From assembly GCA_902584215.1 (NCBI GenBank), contig CACHYW010000003.1:8498-72497 (forward strand): a DNA stretch of 64,000 bases, read 5' to 3'. The stretch comes from an uncultured Pelagibacteraceae bacterium (GTDB lineage: Bacteria > Pseudomonadota > Alphaproteobacteria > Pelagibacterales > AG-422-B15). How positions within the stretch are numbered: position 1 is the stretch's first letter; each line of letters starts with the position of its first letter. Below, piece after piece: positions 59,085-64,000 of this stretch. The translations under genes were made by a program, and so were the position numbers. The notes beneath the pieces were generated by a model, which was not told the DNA's origin, did not search any database, and saw only the letters and a program-made list of their open reading frames with translations.

Positions 59085-60903
59085 TCTAGATAATATACAC
59101 GATAAATTTTTTCCTAAAGCAAAAACAGTCACAACTGGTAAAACTCTGATTAAGTTTGCATGGGCAATTGAAATATTTGTTGCATCCACTGCTTTAGCAA
59201 TTGCACTTTTAATGCTTCTCGCTCAAGGACAATCAGGCGCTGCAATAAGTACAGTACAAAATGCTTTTGGTGATTTTAAAGTTGATAACTTAATTTTATC
59301 AATTGCTTTCCTCGTCGTTGCAATAATGGAGTTAACTAAAATACCATTGGCCACTGCTTATTATTATTCAGTGAGGCTTACTTGGAAAATAATATTTTTA
59401 CTTGCACTTCTAGCTGTAAATTTCTCCACTTTTGAAACAATGGTTACTGCTTTTGAGCTTCGATATCACAGCATGTCAACAGTTGTAGATGATATTCGAA
59501 ATAACATTGAAAAAGTTCAGATTAACTTGGAAACACTTGGTGAGAATGCAGATGATAGCGAAATAAAAAACAATATATCCAAGTATCGCGAAGATATAGC
59601 GGCAATGGATACAAAGAAAAATGAAATACTTAATACATTTAATGAAAGCCTTAAGGATATTGAACAGAGAAAATTAGAAGCGATTAAACAGGCAGATGAC
59701 AAATACAATCAAACAGTAAAATCTCTAACTGACAAATCAGATAGAGGAAAACCTCAAATTGAACAAAATAACAAAAAAATTGATGACTTAAATAAGAGTA
59801 TTTCAGAACTAAAAAAAGAAAATGATCAAAAATCTGAGAGAATTGATCAAAAAAGAATTGATATACAGAATGTGCAGAATACTTTTTTTAATAATAATGA
59901 TGACTTGGAAAAGTCTAGTATTCAAGATGAAATTGACGATTTAAAAAGAGAGATTCAAGATAATAAAAGTCTAATTTCTTCTAATCAAAAACAAATAGAT
60001 CAATTATTTGAAATCAATCAAGGACTAGTTGGGCAAGATTCAAATACAGCTCAGAAACAAATAGATATTGCAAAAAAACAATATGATGATGAAGTCAAAA
60101 TTGCTAATGGGACTGCGCAAAATTCAATAAATGATATTACGAAGGATAAGGATAATGATTTTGATAGTATAGAGGCTGAAAAAAAAGATTTTAGAGAAAA
60201 TACCCTCCAACCGGAACAAGATCGCTTAAATAAGCTACAGAGTGATAAAGAAACTGTTGATGAGAGAAGAAAAGATTTATTAAATGAAAAAGCTTTACTC
60301 GAAGATGATTTAAATAAAGCTGCAAAAGATAATCAAATATACAGAATGGCTGAAAAAATTAACGTTGTTGCCGATTGGTTTACAGGTAATGAACGTCTAA
60401 AAGGTCAAATAATTACCCAAGGAGAGTTAGATAGAGCTTTCTGGATTTGGTTTGGTGGATTATCTATTGTCTTATCTATAATAGGAACACTTGTCGCATT
60501 TGCAGGTCTTCATCTTCAAGATGAAAGAGCTCATCAAATGAGAAATAAATCTAAGGGCCCAAACAGAGTATTAAGAAGCTTAAAAGCAACTCCGATGTAT
60601 TTTAACAAGTTTTTGAAGGCTGCTAGAAAGAGATTATTAAATCCAGTAAAAGTTATAGAGAAGGTTGAAATTGAAGTTGAAAAGATAATTGAAAAGATTG
60701 TAGAAAAACCAATTGAGGTTGAAAAGGTAATTGAAAAAATTGTGGAAAAACCCATTGAGCACGAAAAAATTGTTTTTCAAAAAGTAGAAGTGCCCAGAGA
60801 AATTATTAGAAAAGAAATTGTATACGTACCTCTGCCGACTGATGATCCAGAGCTACTTAAAAAAGGGCCCTTCACTCATAAAACTGATAAAAAAGAAGAT
60901 TAA
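59077..60903 (+). CDS. Membrane protein with long coiled coil and C-terminal EKIVEKP repeats
   Basis: Three N-terminal TMs, ~300-aa charged heptad-rich region, a fourth TM, then a V/I/E/K/P repeat tail. Confidence 0.75.
   Translation: MPNLDNIHDKFFPKAKTVTTGKTLIKFAWAIEIFVASTALAIALLMLLAQGQSGAAISTVQNAFGDFKVDNLILSIAFLVVAIMELTKIPLATAYYYSVRLTWKIIFLLALLAVNFSTFETMVTAFELRYHSMSTVVDDIRNNIEKVQINLETLGENADDSEIKNNISKYREDIAAMDTKKNEILNTFNESLKDIEQRKLEAIKQADDKYNQTVKSLTDKSDRGKPQIEQNNKKIDDLNKSISELKKENDQKSERIDQKRIDIQNVQNTFFNNNDDLEKSSIQDEIDDLKREIQDNKSLISSNQKQIDQLFEINQGLVGQDSNTAQKQIDIAKKQYDDEVKIANGTAQNSINDITKDKDNDFDSIEAEKKDFRENTLQPEQDRLNKLQSDKETVDERRKDLLNEKALLEDDLNKAAKDNQIYRMAEKINVVADWFTGNERLKGQIITQGELDRAFWIWFGGLSIVLSIIGTLVAFAGLHLQDERAHQMRNKSKGPNRVLRSLKATPMYFNKFLKAARKRLLNPVKVIEKVEIEVEKIIEKIVEKPIEVEKVIEKIVEKPIEHEKIVFQKVEVPREIIRKEIVYVPLPTDDPELLKKGPFTHKTDKKED
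60670..60774 (+). repeat. 42-nt imperfect tandem repeat (~2.5 copies) encoding IEVEK(I/V)IEKIVEKP
   Basis: Units at 60670-60711 and 60712-60753, partial unit at 60754-60774. Confidence 0.8.
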
Positions 60904-60908
60904 ACATT

Positions 60909-61796
60909 ATGGGTGACGAGCAACCAATTTACTCAATTAATGAATATGCACCGATTAATAAATACATTGATGAACAGTCAAAGTTTAGACAAACAAGAAC
61001 TTTCTGGGCATATGGTAAAATATTTGCTCTTTCATTACTTGCTATAGGAGTATTTGCAATTCTTATTGCGATTGCATACTGGTGGTTTAACAAGCCACAT
61101 CCTGAAATTATAAAACATACGGTTGAAGTCCAACCAAATTTTGATAACCAGTACTTCAATTCTGACGGAGATATAAGTTATGACGGGATAAATAATTATA
61201 ATGGGGACGTATTTTTTGAAATAATTAAACAAAAAGAAGAAATAATCTCTCAAATAGAAAGCAAAACTACTGAATTAGAAGGTGAAATTGTTCAACTAGA
61301 AGAAAAATTAAGCAGTCCACAAATAAATCAAGAGCAAAAGGATCAATATGAGAAGAGTTTGAAACAATACCAAGACGAAATTTCAAAGAAAGAAGAAGAA
61401 CTAATAATTTATAAAGAACAAATTGAAGCTGCAGAAAAGGCCTTATCTGAAATTGACCAAGAATCTCAAGAAGCTGAGTTCTATGAGCCAGAAATTGACG
61501 ATCAAGGAAATCCTATAGCTCTCTATCAGGAATATTCAGTTTTTGAGAAAAAAGAAATTGACGACAATCTAACAGTAACCACAGGATTTGCTTGGGATTC
61601 AAAAGCAAAAATGGATGAGGGCAAAGGATTTAATAGTAAATGGTGCTACATTGAACAAATTGATCCTTTTGCCACATTTCACTTTGATGATAGAGATCAA
61701 ATGCAACAACTTAAGTTATTTAAAATGTCACTTACAGAGATTCGACAATATGAAAAGTATTGTTCAGATAAACCCTCGCCACAATTTGAAAGTTAA
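60909..61796 (+). CDS. Single-TM coiled-coil protein with Cys-containing C-terminal domain
   Basis: One TM near residues 35-58, E/K/Q-rich coiled coil, C-terminal WCY...KYC. Confidence 0.7.
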   Translation: MGDEQPIYSINEYAPINKYIDEQSKFRQTRTFWAYGKIFALSLLAIGVFAILIAIAYWWFNKPHPEIIKHTVEVQPNFDNQYFNSDGDISYDGINNYNGDVFFEIIKQKEEIISQIESKTTELEGEIVQLEEKLSSPQINQEQKDQYEKSLKQYQDEISKKEEELIIYKEQIEAAEKALSEIDQESQEAEFYEPEIDDQGNPIALYQEYSVFEKKEIDDNLTVTTGFAWDSKAKMDEGKGFNSKWCYIEQIDPFATFHFDDRDQMQQLKLFKMSLTEIRQYEKYCSDKPSPQFES

Positions 61797-61799
61797 GAA

Positions 61800-63344
61800 A
61801 TGTTAAAAGCTATTTTATTTTATTTATTTTTAATAATATTATTTTTCTCATCAAATATTAGTTACTCATCTGATGACACATTTTGTAGTACTTTAGAAAA
61901 TGAAATAAGAAAAAATCAAATTGATTTAAGGCTAGATCTTCAACCCCAAACCTATACCTGGGGAGCGGATTATGGAATTGATTTAGATTGGGATTCCAAT
62001 GTGAGTTATATAAGAAATGAAGATGGGTCAATTAATGTTTTCAATGTTCGTAATAATAATTTTGACGAAGAAGTATTTCCATCATCCAAAACTATAGGTC
62101 CTAAAGACAAGATCATGTTTATAAACAAAGTTAGTGTATCCGAATTATCTGATAACGAAATTGATACTTATTTTTATCCGGATATTGATGAAAGCATTGA
62201 AAGTACTGCTGAATTGAATGAAAGCTTAACACTTGAGTTGGGCGTTAGAAGGCAATCATCTAATGAAATAAAAACAATCAAAGTTAACCCACTTTATAAT
62301 ATAGAGAATTGGATTTACCCTGAAGTAAATATTCATAATTTTAGATATATTGACTCAAAAAAAGGAATATATAATTTAAACCTGACTCTTTATTATTTTT
62401 GGGAAATACCTGAATTAATTCCTTTATACGAAAGACTACTAGGAAACTATAATATTATAGAAGATCAGTACGATATAGCTTATTGTCAAATTAAACCCGA
62501 TATTTTTGAGTCATTACAAATCTGGCATCCTCTTCTTGATTTTAAAAATATCATAGAAGAGTCAATCGATGATTCAAGGGAGGACTATATATTTGAGTAT
62601 GTGCCCTCTACAAATGAAGAGGACGCATCTGCTTATATTTCTTATCAATGGGATGGTAACACGACTCTTAGTTCAGATTTTAACTTTCTAGCATTTCCAT
62701 TTGATACTCAAATTTTATCACTTGATTTAATGAATGCTAGGCAAGCGTCTCCTATTGGATACAAATGGTTAAAGTATTCATTCATTGAGAGTGAATTTGA
62801 GAAAAACCTAAAAATACCTGATTGGCAAGTGGTTTCAAAAGATATTGTACCAAGAGTTGAAATGAGTGATTATCATAGAGAAAATAGACAAATTTATTCT
62901 TTACAAATGAGGATTGAGAGAAACTATTCTTATTATATTTACAAAATAATTGTTCCAATCATGATTATATTAGTTGTAGCTTGGTCAGCTTTATGGGTTG
63001 AACCAAAGCAACTAGAGTCAAGATTAACGATTACGATAATTTGTTTACTTTCTTTAATTGCTTATAACTTTATTGTTGATAAGGATTTGCCAAAATTAGA
63101 ATATCTAACGCTTCTAGATTACTGGATATTACTGTCCTATTTATTTGCAGCAGTGCCTACAATCATTTCAGTAATTTCATTTAAAATGTTATCTAACACA
63201 AATGAGAAAACTATAGAAAGTTTTGATAAAAATGTAAGATTTTTTGGGCCTATTTTGTTCATAATTCTTGTAGTAAGTATTTTTTTAGCACTTACTTTCA
63301 ATAATGATAATACTGCTTTATTTATTAGAAATACAATTTCTTAG
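61800..63344 (+). CDS. Prokaryotic pentameric ligand-gated ion channel (Pro-loop/Cys-loop family) with extra N-terminal domain
   Basis: IWHP, FPFDTQ Pro-loop, pre-M1 IERN..YY..KIIVP, M2 ESRLTITIICLLSLIAYNF, LPKLEYLTLLD loop, four TMs. Confidence 0.9.
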   Translation: MLKAILFYLFLIILFFSSNISYSSDDTFCSTLENEIRKNQIDLRLDLQPQTYTWGADYGIDLDWDSNVSYIRNEDGSINVFNVRNNNFDEEVFPSSKTIGPKDKIMFINKVSVSELSDNEIDTYFYPDIDESIESTAELNESLTLELGVRRQSSNEIKTIKVNPLYNIENWIYPEVNIHNFRYIDSKKGIYNLNLTLYYFWEIPELIPLYERLLGNYNIIEDQYDIAYCQIKPDIFESLQIWHPLLDFKNIIEESIDDSREDYIFEYVPSTNEEDASAYISYQWDGNTTLSSDFNFLAFPFDTQILSLDLMNARQASPIGYKWLKYSFIESEFEKNLKIPDWQVVSKDIVPRVEMSDYHRENRQIYSLQMRIERNYSYYIYKIIVPIMIILVVAWSALWVEPKQLESRLTITIICLLSLIAYNFIVDKDLPKLEYLTLLDYWILLSYLFAAVPTIISVISFKMLSNTNEKTIESFDKNVRFFGPILFIILVVSIFLALTFNNDNTALFIRNTIS

Positions 63345-63365
63345 AATTGAGCTCAGACATGACAG

Positions 63366-64000
63366 TTAGGTGTTCAAAAAGATAACAGCAAGTGTCAGCA
63401 AAAACAATGTTATGGTTATCGATGATAAAATATAACTTTTAGAGATAGTGCCATGTTTATTTTCTACCTCAAAATATTTTTTATTCTGTCTAATGCGTTC
63501 TTTCCTGAATATGTAAATAACTGCAAGTATAAATACGATAAGTAATGGATATATTAATATCGCATCTATATTTGGCGAAATTAAAATATAATTATAGGTT
63601 CCGTGCAATGAAACAGGGAAGAGAAGTGACAACACGACATACACTAAATTATTCGATTTTCCAAATATTGCCCTAATTAAAAACAAACCCATGAATACCC
63701 CTGCAGTAGCATGTAGGGGCACAGCAGTGAATGATCTTAAAATAGCAATTGATGTTGCTAGCTCTAGATCATTTTCATAAATGGGGTAAAGCACATAATC
63801 CCAATTTTCATATGCCGCGAAGCCAAGTGATACCGCAACACCATAAACAAGCGCATCCATTGGCTCATTAAATTCATTGGCTTTGATGCAAAATAAAAGA
63901 AGGATAGTCCACTTTGCAGTTTCCTCAAGAAACGCAGCTCTTACGAAAGCTTCATAAAAGTAAGGAGCCTCACCAGACAAGTAGAGAGTTTCTTCAAATC
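63366..64000 (-). CDS. PrsW-family intramembrane glutamic protease (5' end outside window)
   Basis: EETAK, GFAAYEN, PLHA, HGTYN; reading frame stays open to the window edge. Confidence 0.85.
   Translation of the reverse strand, partial: FEETLYLSGEAPYFYEAFVRAAFLEETAKWTILLLFCIKANEFNEPMDALVYGVAVSLGFAAYENWDYVLYPIYENDLELATSIAILRSFTAVPLHATAGVFMGLFLIRAIFGKSNNLVYVVLSLLFPVSLHGTYNYILISPNIDAILIYPLLIVFILAVIYIFRKERIRQNKKYFEVENKHGTISKSYILSSITITLFLLTLAVIFLNT

Noticed and set aside
763..61806. Numerous short (60-181 aa) antisense or alternate-frame ORFs in the track, e.g. 37557-38102, 36349-36675, 45522-45821
   Set aside because: All lie within or largely overlap well-supported genes and have no recognisable motifs; they are shadow ORFs.

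Overview
AT-rich, very densely packed bacterial chromosome segment, with many overlapping or abutting genes. Gene content suggests a streamlined marine proteobacterium, probably alphaproteobacterial; this is inference and there is no marker gene in the window. Left to right: thiolase/PsiE/DUF4864; a galactoside uptake and catabolism operon; several hydrolases; a triple glutathione-transferase cluster preceded by a small pseudogene scar; a polyamine-type ABC transporter with an aldehyde dehydrogenase; a conserved dipeptidase/DUF3726 cluster; a GlnT/GmaS-type glutamine synthetase; a tandem-HTH protein. Next is a ~15 kb secretion/adhesin locus (extended TolC, 2375-aa LEPRxLL/DUF4347/Ig-repeat protein, two membrane-fusion proteins, M50 protease-HlyD fusion) with no ABC ATPase. 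Then complete urease (ureDABCEFG) and urea transport (urtABCDE) operons, oligopeptidase B, a tRNA-Thr(GGT) with a non-canonical T-loop, malate-CoA-ligase-type mtkAB and ggt. Near the right end is a four-gene TerB / coiled-coil / coiled-coil / pentameric ligand-gated ion channel operon. The best candidates for undescribed systems are the ATPase-less adhesin exporter, linked to the HTH gene by an exact 17-bp motif, and the TerB-pLGIC operon. All family calls come from motif recognition by eye, not database searches.
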